58,559 nucleotides of DNA, from the NCBI GenBank assembly GCA_964645865.1, contig CAZYCG010000002.1, forward strand, positions 1-58,559, written 5' to 3'. Shown piece by piece: positions 8,923-18,134 of the stretch (the first letter of the stretch is position 1; each line of letters opens with the position of its first letter). The DNA comes from an uncultured Dehalococcoidia bacterium. GTDB taxonomy: Bacteria > Chloroflexota > Dehalococcoidia > Lucifugimonadales > OSU-TB39. The translations under genes were made by a program, and so were the position numbers. Under the pieces are notes generated by a model that was not told where the DNA came from, ran no database searches, and saw only the letters and a list, made by a program, of their open reading frames with translations.

Positions 8923-9963
8923 ATGGTTATAACTGAAAAAATGACGCCGAGAGAAAGAGTTATGAATGCCTTGAACGGATTGCCGGTAGACCGCACTCCT
9001 GTCTCGAATCCAACTAATGTAGCAACAGTTGAACTCATGGATTTGGTAGATGCACCTTTTCCAGATGCATGTCGAGATCCGGAACTTAATGCAAGATTAG
9101 CTGCTACCGGATATACAGAATTAGGATTTGATTCAATAGCACCATATTTTACTATTATTCAGGAATCCTCAGCATTGGGTTGCGAAATGCAATGGGAACA
9201 GAAAGATAACTGGCCTACAGTAAGAATGAGTAATCCGATTTGGAAATCTATTGAAGATATCAATATTCCAGATAATTTTTTGCAACATCAAGATAATTTG
9301 GCAATTATAGATTCAATAAAAATACTAAAGCAAGAATTCGGAAATGAAGTTGCTATCATTGGAAAAACTATGGGTCCATGGACTCTTGCGTATCATGTAT
9401 TTGGAGTAGAAACCTTTTTGCTTATGTCGATTGATGATCCAGAATTGACTATCAAATGTCTAGACAAATTGAAAGAGATATCAGTTTTATTTGGACAGGC
9501 TCAAATTGACGCAGGAGCAGACGTTTTAACGTATCCAGACCATGCAACAGGAGATTTGGTAAGTGGTGAATATTATAAAAGATTTTTGCTAGATATACAT
9601 CAAGAAGCAGTAGAGGATTTAAAAGTACCTCTTATATTACATATTTGCGGTTATACTTTAGACAGGATGGATTATATTGCACAAAATAAAATGGCTGCCT
9701 TTCATTTTGATTCTAGAAATGATCCTGAAAAAGCGATGGAAATAGTCGATGGCAGGATACAACTTGTGGGCAATGTTAATAACCCTGTAACTTTGTATAG
9801 TAAAGGTACGCAGGAAGTTAGAGAGGAAGTTTATAGATGTTTAGATGCTGGGGTTCCTTTAATTGCTCCTGAATGCGCTATACCATTAGCTACTAAATTA
9901 GAAAATTTGCTTGAAATACCAAAGGCGGTAAAAGACTGGACTGAGGAAAACTTGTCAAAATAG
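8923..9963 (+). CDS. uroporphyrinogen-decarboxylase (URO-D) family corrinoid methyltransferase, MtaA/MtbA/MtsA/CmuA-like
   Basis: 346 aa. HxC zinc motif ILHICGYT plus downstream Cys in LIAPECAIP. Overall length and layout match MtaA-type enzymes. Confidence 0.8.
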   Translation: MVITEKMTPRERVMNALNGLPVDRTPVSNPTNVATVELMDLVDAPFPDACRDPELNARLAATGYTELGFDSIAPYFTIIQESSALGCEMQWEQKDNWPTVRMSNPIWKSIEDINIPDNFLQHQDNLAIIDSIKILKQEFGNEVAIIGKTMGPWTLAYHVFGVETFLLMSIDDPELTIKCLDKLKEISVLFGQAQIDAGADVLTYPDHATGDLVSGEYYKRFLLDIHQEAVEDLKVPLILHICGYTLDRMDYIAQNKMAAFHFDSRNDPEKAMEIVDGRIQLVGNVNNPVTLYSKGTQEVREEVYRCLDAGVPLIAPECAIPLATKLENLLEIPKAVKDWTEENLSK

Positions 9964-10008
9964 ACAGAATTCAACCTAACACAAAATAAATGGAGAAATA
10001 TTAGCAAT

Positions 10009-11031
10009 ATGTCGGATAATTTCATAATTGTAGGTGAAAATATTCATGCTACCAGGGTATTCCGTTCTGGCGGTAAAAGAGTAGTTAAAACTGATGACGG
10101 ATTTGAAGCTGTCAGCTATAAGAACGACTTAGATGAGCAAAAACTGATGAAAGTACCCGATTGGTTTAAAGAAACTCAACCCTATCAGCAAGGGCAAATC
10201 AAGCATTTTCTTATAGCCATGACTAATTTAATAAGTAACGATGATGATGTCAGGTTGGAAGGAGAACAATATATTCAGAATGCAGTTTATAGACAAATTA
10301 AAGCAGGGTCGAATTATGTTGATATTAATGTGGATGAGGTGCATTATGATTTAGAAATACAAAAAAAATGTATGGCTCGTACGATGGAGGTTGCGCAGAA
10401 GGTTTCATCAGTACCTATCAGCATAGATTCATCTAATTCCGATATTATAGAATCAGGTTTAAAAGCATATAAAAGTAACGATGTTCCCCCTTTAATCAAC
10501 TCAGTAGCATTTGAACGTCCTGAAGTTTTCGAGATGGCATTAGAATATAAAGCAAATGTTATTGCAATGGCAACTAGTGAAACAGGTATGCCTGAAGATG
10601 AAGATGATCGTATAGAAAATGCAAAAAAGATAATAGAGGAATTGGTACGAAGAGGATTTTCTTTAGAGGAAATTTATTTAGATGCGATTGTTTTTCCAAT
10701 TTCAGTAAATTCTGAGTATGGAAATCATTATTTCAATGCAGTGACACAATTAAGGGAAGAGTATGGAAGCCAATTACACATTGGCATGGGTCTTAGCAAT
10801 GTTTCATTTGGAATGCCAATGCGAAAATTAATTAATCAGGCGTTTATATACTTAGGTCTTGAAGCAGGAATTGATGCGGGGTTAATTGACCCAATACAAA
10901 TAAAATTGGACGAAGTGCATAACGTTGATATAAGTTCTGAAAAAATGAGCTTGGCAATAGATATGTTGACAGGAAAAGATGAGTTTTGTGTTAATTATCT
11001 GCAAGCCTATAGAGATGGCCGGCTTCAATAA
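10009..11031 (+). CDS. pterin-binding methyltetrahydrofolate:corrinoid methyltransferase (MetH pterin module / AcsE / MtrH-like)
   Basis: 340 aa. IVGENIHATR near the N-terminus, NVDE, and GLSNVSFGMP are characteristic of the pterin-binding (DHPS-like) barrel. Confidence 0.82.
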   Translation: MSDNFIIVGENIHATRVFRSGGKRVVKTDDGFEAVSYKNDLDEQKLMKVPDWFKETQPYQQGQIKHFLIAMTNLISNDDDVRLEGEQYIQNAVYRQIKAGSNYVDINVDEVHYDLEIQKKCMARTMEVAQKVSSVPISIDSSNSDIIESGLKAYKSNDVPPLINSVAFERPEVFEMALEYKANVIAMATSETGMPEDEDDRIENAKKIIEELVRRGFSLEEIYLDAIVFPISVNSEYGNHYFNAVTQLREEYGSQLHIGMGLSNVSFGMPMRKLINQAFIYLGLEAGIDAGLIDPIQIKLDEVHNVDISSEKMSLAIDMLTGKDEFCVNYLQAYRDGRLQ

Positions 11032-11109
11032 GTCTATTTAGGTTACTATTTACCAATAGTTCAGTATAATAATATTTTAAAAATTTAGATTTAAATTTGG
11101 AGTTTGAAG

Positions 11110-11841
11110 ATGCCGATAGTAAATGAGGGTGTTTTGCAAGAGATGAAGCATATTGCCAATCCATCCGAATTAAAACACATTCAAGAACTGTATGAACAAA
11201 CCGAACCATTGATGCAGGAAATTGCATATGCATTGATAACAGGTAATGATAAGGAAGTAGATCAGCTAACATCTAAAGCGCTAGACTCAGGATTTACGGC
11301 GAATACTGTTATGGATGATGGTTTAATAGCAGGTATGGCTATTGTAGGGATAAAATTCAGAGATAATATTATTTTTGTACCTGAAGTTCTGATTTCTGCT
11401 AGAGCTATGAAAGCTGGTATGGCACACATAGAGCCGATTCTTTCAGAATCAGATATACCGCCTGTGGGCACGGTTATTATGGGCACTGTAAAAGGTGATT
11501 TGCATGATATCGGGAAAAACTTATGCATTATGATGATGAGAGGGGCCGGATTTGTAGTACACGATTTAGGGGTTGATACTAAGCCAGAGGCTTTCATCGA
11601 TGCTGTACAGGAACATGAAGCTCGCGTTTTGGGTATGTCAGCGTTGCTTACAACCACTATGCCTAACATGGGAAGAGTCATACAAGCTTTTGAAGATGAA
11701 GGTATGAGAGAGGAAGTGAAGATTATGGTAGGTGGTGCTCCAGTTACCCAAGACTTTGCTGACGATATGGGTGCTGATGGCTATGGGAAAGACGCAATTG
11801 ATTGTGTGGATATGGCAAAAACCTTAGCTTTACAAGAATAA
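11110..11841 (+). CDS. corrinoid (B12-binding) methyl-carrier protein
   Basis: Helical cap plus Rossmann B12 domain with GDLHDIGKNL (DxHxxG), GMSALLTTT (SxL) and MVGGAPV (GG). I prefer the ATG at 11110 (GGAG 8 nt upstream) over the listed TTG at 11104. Confidence 0.9.
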   Translation: MPIVNEGVLQEMKHIANPSELKHIQELYEQTEPLMQEIAYALITGNDKEVDQLTSKALDSGFTANTVMDDGLIAGMAIVGIKFRDNIIFVPEVLISARAMKAGMAHIEPILSESDIPPVGTVIMGTVKGDLHDIGKNLCIMMMRGAGFVVHDLGVDTKPEAFIDAVQEHEARVLGMSALLTTTMPNMGRVIQAFEDEGMREEVKIMVGGAPVTQDFADDMGADGYGKDAIDCVDMAKTLALQE

Positions 11842-11864
11842 CTTTAACTGATTGGAAGCAAACC

Positions 11865-12110
11865 TTGAGTTCTAATAGCATAAACAAAAACAGGTATTAT
11901 GAAAGTATAAAGAAACTCGAAGCTATATATGAAAATATAGCTACAAATGTAACAGAAGTTTCAAAATGGCGATGTCCTTACAAAGATGCCAAGGATAATT
12001 GCACTGCAAAGTTTGGTTGTAGGAATCAAGATCGGTCTATCAATGATGGATCACCCTTTCCTTGCATAGGAAGTGATAAGTTAGATTATCGTAATGCCTG
12101 GGAAGTTTAA
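11865..12110 (+). CDS. small Cys-rich hypothetical protein
   Basis: The listed ORF (11802) overlaps the corrinoid gene by 40 nt. An in-frame TTG at 11865 follows GGAAG by 6 nt and gives 81 aa. Four Cys lie in WRCPYKDAKDNCTAKFGCRNQ...PFPCIG. Coding status is not certain. Confidence 0.35.
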   Translation: MSSNSINKNRYYESIKKLEAIYENIATNVTEVSKWRCPYKDAKDNCTAKFGCRNQDRSINDGSPFPCIGSDKLDYRNAWEV

Positions 12111-12217
12111 TAAATTAATACGAGTTAGTATTAATGAGTTATTTAGATAGTTTATCCAACTTTAAGTTTATGGATTGTTTGATTTAATTTTCAAAACTTA
12201 TCAGGAATTATAATGAT

Positions 12218-13831
12218 ATGTCTCCTGTAAATTATGGCGACCAAAAATTAGAATCTGTTTCAAATAAAACGTTATTTGAATACGCTGATATATTGAATGT
12301 TCGCGTACCTACCTCATGTGGGCGTAATGGAAAATGTCATGAATGTATCGTAGAGGTGAAGAGAGGCATTTCTTCTTTGAATACGCCGACTCCAGCCGAA
12401 TCTTTTCTAACGCAAGGATTTCGATTGGCATGTCAGACATATATCGATGATGTCGATGCTGAAGTTCAATTTAATGTACTTCGTAGGCAACCTAAAATAT
12501 TGATTGAGTCTTCGCAAAAACGTCTAGAACTTGACGCTTTGACAAAGATGTATGATGGAAATGTATATTATGATGGCAAATTAATAGATAAATTCAAGGG
12601 TGTTATGTATGGATTGGCTATAGATATTGGCACTACTACAGTTGTAATGAATTTACTGGATTTAGAAACTGGAGAGGTTAAGTACATTACGTCTTTTGAA
12701 AACCCTCAAAAATTTGGTGGTAGTGATGTGATGAATAGAATTTCGTATGATACATCTGAATATCAAGGTGAATTACAAAAAGTAATGATTTCATCTATAA
12801 ATTTTGAAATAGGATTAATGAGCAGGCAGTTGAAATTTCACAGAAGGTGTATTTATGAAATAGTAGTGGTTGGCAATGCTACCATGAGAGATTTATTTTT
12901 TGGAGTAGATGTGACTAGTATAGGAGAAAAGCCTTACAAGTCAAAAGTTGAGATTGAATTTAACCAAAGCAAGGTTAAAACTACAGCATTAAATGCTAAA
13001 GCTAAACAAATTGGTTTGCGAGTGTTTCCCGATGCAAATGTATATGGCGGACCTTTGATTGGTTGTCATGTTGGTTCAGACGTAGCAGCTGATTTGCTTG
13101 CTGTTGGAATGGGTAACAATGAACAGATATCTATGTTAGTTGATGTTGGGACAAATACAGAAGTTGTTGTGGGCAACAAAGATAGAATGATTGCTGCTTC
13201 TTGTCCTGCAGGTCCGGCTTTTGAAGGTGGAGAAATTAAATATGGAATGCCTGCCTATGATGGCGCAATAGAACACGTTCAATTTGAAAGGGATACACTG
13301 AAATATAAAACTATATCAGGAGTTAAGCCAACAGGTATTTGCGGTTCAGGATTGATAGATCTTTTGGCGGAACTCAAAAATACGGGTAAAATGAATTATT
13401 TGGGAGTGTTGGAGAAAGGGTTGGATGAATTTATGATTGCTCCCGAATATAATCTTTCTTTGTCACGAAGCGATATCAGTGCATTAGCACAGGCAAAAGC
13501 TGCAAATTATTGCGGTCAAAAGATAGTTCTCAGAGAATATGGAATAATGCCTGAAGATGTTTCAAACATGTACATAGCGGGTGGTTTTGGGAATTATTTA
13601 GATATCAAAAATGCTATTGGAATTGGATTTATTGCGAATGTAAGACTTGAAAATATCCATAGGGTTGGTAATACAGCTCTTCAAGGAGCTAGCCAAATGC
13701 TGCTTTCAGGTCGATTAAGATCGCAAATAGAAGAAATATGTAACAATATAGAACACATTGAACTTGAAACAACGGAAGACTTTTTTGAGCTATTTGTAGA
13801 TGGATGCCAATTTAACCCGATGATTATGTAG
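12218..13831 (+). CDS. reductive activator of corrinoid proteins (RACo-type: [2Fe-2S] ferredoxin + ASKHA ATPase)
   Basis: 537 aa. N-terminal plant-type ferredoxin Cys pattern (SCGRNGKCHECIV...LACQT). ASKHA phosphate motifs GLAIDIGTTTVV and VDVGTNTEVV. Confidence 0.85.
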   Translation: MSPVNYGDQKLESVSNKTLFEYADILNVRVPTSCGRNGKCHECIVEVKRGISSLNTPTPAESFLTQGFRLACQTYIDDVDAEVQFNVLRRQPKILIESSQKRLELDALTKMYDGNVYYDGKLIDKFKGVMYGLAIDIGTTTVVMNLLDLETGEVKYITSFENPQKFGGSDVMNRISYDTSEYQGELQKVMISSINFEIGLMSRQLKFHRRCIYEIVVVGNATMRDLFFGVDVTSIGEKPYKSKVEIEFNQSKVKTTALNAKAKQIGLRVFPDANVYGGPLIGCHVGSDVAADLLAVGMGNNEQISMLVDVGTNTEVVVGNKDRMIAASCPAGPAFEGGEIKYGMPAYDGAIEHVQFERDTLKYKTISGVKPTGICGSGLIDLLAELKNTGKMNYLGVLEKGLDEFMIAPEYNLSLSRSDISALAQAKAANYCGQKIVLREYGIMPEDVSNMYIAGGFGNYLDIKNAIGIGFIANVRLENIHRVGNTALQGASQMLLSGRLRSQIEEICNNIEHIELETTEDFFELFVDGCQFNPMIM

Positions 13832-13859
13832 GTATGATAATTAATAAAGAGGTGTGAAT

Positions 13860-14861
13860 ATGCCAACAAAAAAAGTACTGATAACAGATTATGTATGGCC
13901 TTCAGTGGAACCAGAAAAGAAAGTGTTGGCCAAACTCGGCATTGATCTTATAGTTGCTCCTGATGGCAATGAGGATACTTTAATAGATATGGCTAAGGAA
14001 GTTGATGGGATTTTAACTTGTTTTGCCAAGGTTACAGATAATGTCGTTAAGTCAGCGAAAAATTGTAAGGTAATAGGTAGATTCGGAGTCGGTGTTGACA
14101 ACATTGATGTACAAGAGGCAACTAGGCAGGGCATAATTGTGACATATGTGCCGGACTATTGTGTAGATGAAGTGTCTGACCATGTAATTGGCTTATTATT
14201 GGCATGGAATAGGAAAATAGTTTTACATAATAATGATACTAAATTATCAGGTTGGGGCAATGCTGGATTGGGTATGCGTATAATGAGGTTAAGGGGCAAA
14301 AAATTAGGAATTATCGGTTTTGGAAGAATAGGTAGGATGGTAGCTGAAAAAGCACAATCCTTTGGATTAGATGTTTTATCTTTTGACCCAATGATTGAAT
14401 CTGATTTTATGAATCAATTGGGGGTTAAAAAAGTTGAATTGGACGATTTATTGGCTGAGTCGCATTTTGTTACTTTACATTCGCCACTTATACCTGCTAC
14501 TGAAAATATGTTTGGCAATGAACAATTCAAAATGATGAGAAATGACGCATTTCTTATTAACTGTGCTCGAGGAGGATTAATTGATGAAGATGCTTTACAT
14601 GAAGCATTAAACTCGCAAAATATTGCTGGAGCAGGGGTAGATGTTTTGGTTGATATAAAACCTGATACAAATCATAGGTTAATTAAAAATCAAAACGTCA
14701 TAGTGACTCCTCACACCGCATTTTTTTCTCAGGAAGCTGTACTTGAACTAGAAGAACGAGCGGCAGGTCAGGTTGGGAACGTTTTGCTTGGCAAAATACC
14801 CGAAAATATAGTTAACGTTGGATTATTGAAAGCAGATAACTTGAGAGCCGATATTAAGTAA
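13860..14861 (+). CDS. D-isomer-specific 2-hydroxyacid dehydrogenase family protein
   Basis: GIIGFGRIGRMVAEKA NAD fold, NCARGGLIDE, TPHTAF. ATG at 13860 lies 7 nt after AGAGG (the listed GTG at 13854 is less likely). Confidence 0.85.
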   Translation: MPTKKVLITDYVWPSVEPEKKVLAKLGIDLIVAPDGNEDTLIDMAKEVDGILTCFAKVTDNVVKSAKNCKVIGRFGVGVDNIDVQEATRQGIIVTYVPDYCVDEVSDHVIGLLLAWNRKIVLHNNDTKLSGWGNAGLGMRIMRLRGKKLGIIGFGRIGRMVAEKAQSFGLDVLSFDPMIESDFMNQLGVKKVELDDLLAESHFVTLHSPLIPATENMFGNEQFKMMRNDAFLINCARGGLIDEDALHEALNSQNIAGAGVDVLVDIKPDTNHRLIKNQNVIVTPHTAFFSQEAVLELEERAAGQVGNVLLGKIPENIVNVGLLKADNLRADIK

Positions 14862-14867
14862 TAAAAG

Positions 14868-16337
14868 TTAACCTGAAGTTGTTGGGTATGAACCATATTC
14901 AATAATTATTTCCGCATCTTCAATACGTAGAGGACTTATAAGGTCTTTCGCTCTTTCCACTAAAATAAACTCAAGAATATTCTTTCCTTTACAAGGACGA
15001 ACTTTTTCTAGAGTGAATTCAAGCCACATCAAGTTATATGGTTTAGCATCTCCGTAACTTCTTTTACAGGTTTCATTTATTATGGATTTTCCGTTTAAAT
15101 TGAAATTTATCTTGTCTGAGGAGACGAGGTCATTTATGCGTACTTTTAAGGTGATATGAGTTATTCTGTCAGTTAAATTTTTTATGTCATCAGCAATATG
15201 AAATTCTATAGGATAAGATATGCCGGCTTTTTCGATTGGTATAGTAATCGGAAGGTTTGTTTTGTAATCAACTCTTGAGAGAATGTCAGTCGATCTATTG
15301 ATAAAATAATGTTTATTTTTTTCCTTCAACACTGATTTATTTCCAATATTTGAGAGTATGCTTGTTTCTATTGGGGATAATGGCCATTGCAGAGAGTGGG
15401 TATAAAGACCATCAGCACCTTTATCATAAAAATTGGATGCTGCACCATACATCATTTCGGGGGTTGCATATTCCAATTGATAGAGTTCATTTTCATTATC
15501 GTGATATCTTGGTTGGAGCATTGGATAAACTGATGTATTAGAATTTTTAGTTAAATCAATTAACCATTCTATTGGCATGTTAGAATCTAAAATATTGTAT
15601 GCGTATATCATTGGGGTGACATAATCTAATAGGTTCTCAGATATCATTTTTTTCACATCGATTCCGGCAGATAAATTTAATTTTTCAGTCGGGTAAATTC
15701 TAGCACCCAAAATCTTTGGCTTATTACGGTTTTTAACCATCGAAGATATCTCTGAAACCCAATCAGTTATAATGCCTTTATCTTTATATCTGCGATTTTC
15801 AGGTAATAAATAACTGTCTCCGCCAGGTGGGGCTGCAAAATCAAGTTCCAAACCGTCAGTTTCGTAATCATCAGCAAGTTCTTGTAAAACTTTTGATTGA
15901 TGGTTTCTAACCTCCTGATGTAAAAAACCGCCACCTCCGTTTTCTAGTAGAAATTCAGGTTTTATTCCGCCGTATGAACCTAGTCTCAAGCTAGCAAAAA
16001 ATTCCATGTTTTGTGAATGAGCTTTATCTATAAGGACTGATAATGGATCTATTCCTTTATCGGTCAAACTTTGTAAGTTATTCCATAGTCGCCAATAAGC
16101 TGCCTGCTTAAATCCGGGCGAATTTATTCCATGTTCGCCATGTTTGAACTGCATTCCTACTTTTGAATTGTAAAAAAGACCATCAGCTCTAGCTACTCCA
16201 TAAATAAAAGTATCTATGGAGGTATTTGAACATTCATTTATAGGTCTGCATGCATCTTCAAGTGTCATTGGAGGTTCAAATACGAATAAATAGTAATGCC
16301 TAGCGTCGTTAAAATAGATTGTACGTTGTTGCTTCAC
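14868..16337 (-). CDS. hypothetical protein, possibly a glycoside-hydrolase-like (beta/alpha)8 barrel with a C-terminal beta-sandwich
   Basis: 489 aa with no signal peptide. Alternating hydrophobic/acidic segments (DGLELDF, MIYAYN, GADGLYTH) loosely recall GH-like TIM barrels. I do not recognise a defined family. Confidence 0.3.
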   Translation of the reverse strand: MKQQRTIYFNDARHYYLFVFEPPMTLEDACRPINECSNTSIDTFIYGVARADGLFYNSKVGMQFKHGEHGINSPGFKQAAYWRLWNNLQSLTDKGIDPLSVLIDKAHSQNMEFFASLRLGSYGGIKPEFLLENGGGGFLHQEVRNHQSKVLQELADDYETDGLELDFAAPPGGDSYLLPENRRYKDKGIITDWVSEISSMVKNRNKPKILGARIYPTEKLNLSAGIDVKKMISENLLDYVTPMIYAYNILDSNMPIEWLIDLTKNSNTSVYPMLQPRYHDNENELYQLEYATPEMMYGAASNFYDKGADGLYTHSLQWPLSPIETSILSNIGNKSVLKEKNKHYFINRSTDILSRVDYKTNLPITIPIEKAGISYPIEFHIADDIKNLTDRITHITLKVRINDLVSSDKINFNLNGKSIINETCKRSYGDAKPYNLMWLEFTLEKVRPCKGKNILEFILVERAKDLISPLRIEDAEIIIEYGSYPTTSG

Positions 16338-16373
16338 ATAAATTTCCTTGGTGCGTCTAATAAAAATGACCGG

Positions 16374-17150
16374 TTATAACATCGAGTAACTTTGACCACC
16401 GTCAATTACGATGCAAGAACCTGCCATAAATCCTATACGTTCAGATGATAAAAATGCAACTAAATCCCCAACAGGTTCAGCCCATCCGAATTTGCCCATG
16501 GGCAAATTATTTTTAATAAAATCATCAACTGTTTCTTTAGTATTATCGTTTTGAAATTTTTCCCAGCTTCCTTGGGGGTGGGAAACCGATCCGGGGGCTA
16601 CACTATTAATTAGGACCCCGTGTTGTACTAATGATACGGCGGCATGCTTTGTGGCTGCAATTAAAGCAGCTTTAGCAGACATATAAGAAATGTTTCCACC
16701 GTATTCCCTTCCCCAAATAGAAGCTATATTAATTACCCTACCCCATTTTTTGGATATCATATTTGGTGTTACGAGTTTCATTAATTCGAATGAGCCAAAA
16801 AGATTTAGATCAAATGTTTCTTGAAACCCTTTAAGCGGTGTTTCTGTGAAATCACCTTTTTCTTTTGATCCCCCGACATTATTTACCAATATTTCTATTC
16901 CGCCTAGTTCTTTAGTGATTTTGGAATGTAAATCGCTGAGTTGGGATAAATCTGAAATGTCTCCCACAAATCCTTTGGCCGATGCTCCTAAACTTTGTAA
17001 TTCTGCAATGGTATCTGCAACAGTGTTTTCGTCCCTACTACAAATGCCAACATAAGCGCCTTCTTTTGCAAGTGATATTGCAGCTGCTTTTCCCAAGCCC
17101 CTACTACCTCCTGTTATAAATGCCACTTTCCCTCGTATACCTAGATCCAT
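16374..17150 (-). CDS. short-chain dehydrogenase/reductase (FabG-like)
   Basis: ITGGSRGLGKAAA cofactor motif, NNVG, YMSAKAAL (YxxxK). ATG at 17150 lies 6 nt after AGGAG (the listed GTG at 17165 is rejected). Confidence 0.88.
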   Translation of the reverse strand: MDLGIRGKVAFITGGSRGLGKAAAISLAKEGAYVGICSRDENTVADTIAELQSLGASAKGFVGDISDLSQLSDLHSKITKELGGIEILVNNVGGSKEKGDFTETPLKGFQETFDLNLFGSFELMKLVTPNMISKKWGRVINIASIWGREYGGNISYMSAKAALIAATKHAAVSLVQHGVLINSVAPGSVSHPQGSWEKFQNDNTKETVDDFIKNNLPMGKFGWAEPVGDLVAFLSSERIGFMAGSCIVIDGGQSYSML

Positions 17151-17333
17151 TTTTGACTCCTGCACTTTTGATTTTATATAAATTCAATGAATATGCTTTT
17201 TGAGACTATATCCTGTTTGTGATACTGTCAACGGTCTGCAAATCAAGTGTATAATCTGTTTCAATAAATTGTGTATGGTGTATACATGATTGATTTTGAT
17301 TTATAAAATGTTCGGATAGAGGTGTGTATATTT

Positions 17334-18122
17334 ATGGGTGAAGTAGTTGAACCAAAGGTTTTTCTGCTAGGAGAAACACAAGCTAATCAAGATGGTATTA
17401 ATCAGTTATTAGATCATTTGGGAGTTCCTGATTGGAGTTCCGATGCCGAATCATCTGCAGAACTACTCACAGAAATTTATGGGAGAAGCTGTTATCGTTC
17501 ATTTGGAACAACATTGAACCCGAATGTCACAAGAGTACGCAAAACCAATAGCGATTATATAGAAAACACTCTTCAAAAAGGTGACGGGTCAATATTTGAG
17601 CACGTGACAGCAAATTTCTTCTTTGCAGATGTTAGCAGGGTTTTTACTCATGAATTGGTAAGGCATAGGGTAGGCTCAGCAATGTCTCAGGAAAGTTTAC
17701 GTTATGCTAGGCTTACTGACATCAATTGGTATGCTCCTACAGTTATAAAAGAAGATGACGAAGCAATGAAGATATATGTGTCTAAGATGGAAGAGTTAAG
17801 TAAACTCCAAAATGAACTCGCAGACATGTTTGAATTAGATCAAAAAGATAAAAATTTTACAGTTAAGAAAGAGGCAACATCTGCTTTTCGAAGATTGGCT
17901 CCGATGGGTGTGGCTACCAATATCGGCTGGTCAGCAAATATGCGTACCATCAGACATGTTATTGAAATGCGTACTCATCCAGGTGCAGAAGAAGAGATAA
18001 GATTAGTTTTTGCAAAAGTGGCAGAAATAGCGATATCTAAATGGGGAAATATATTTGCTGATTATAACAAAGAAATTGTCGATGGTTTGCCTTGGTACAC
18101 TACGAGTAATAGAAAAGTCTGA
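17334..18122 (+). CDS. thyX: FAD-dependent thymidylate synthase
   Basis: ThyX signature HELVRHRVGSAMSQESLRY (RHRxxSxxxxSxRY). I prefer the ATG at 17334. Confidence 0.92.
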   Translation: MGEVVEPKVFLLGETQANQDGINQLLDHLGVPDWSSDAESSAELLTEIYGRSCYRSFGTTLNPNVTRVRKTNSDYIENTLQKGDGSIFEHVTANFFFADVSRVFTHELVRHRVGSAMSQESLRYARLTDINWYAPTVIKEDDEAMKIYVSKMEELSKLQNELADMFELDQKDKNFTVKKEATSAFRRLAPMGVATNIGWSANMRTIRHVIEMRTHPGAEEEIRLVFAKVAEIAISKWGNIFADYNKEIVDGLPWYTTSNRKV

Positions 18123-18134
18123 TTTAATATAAAA

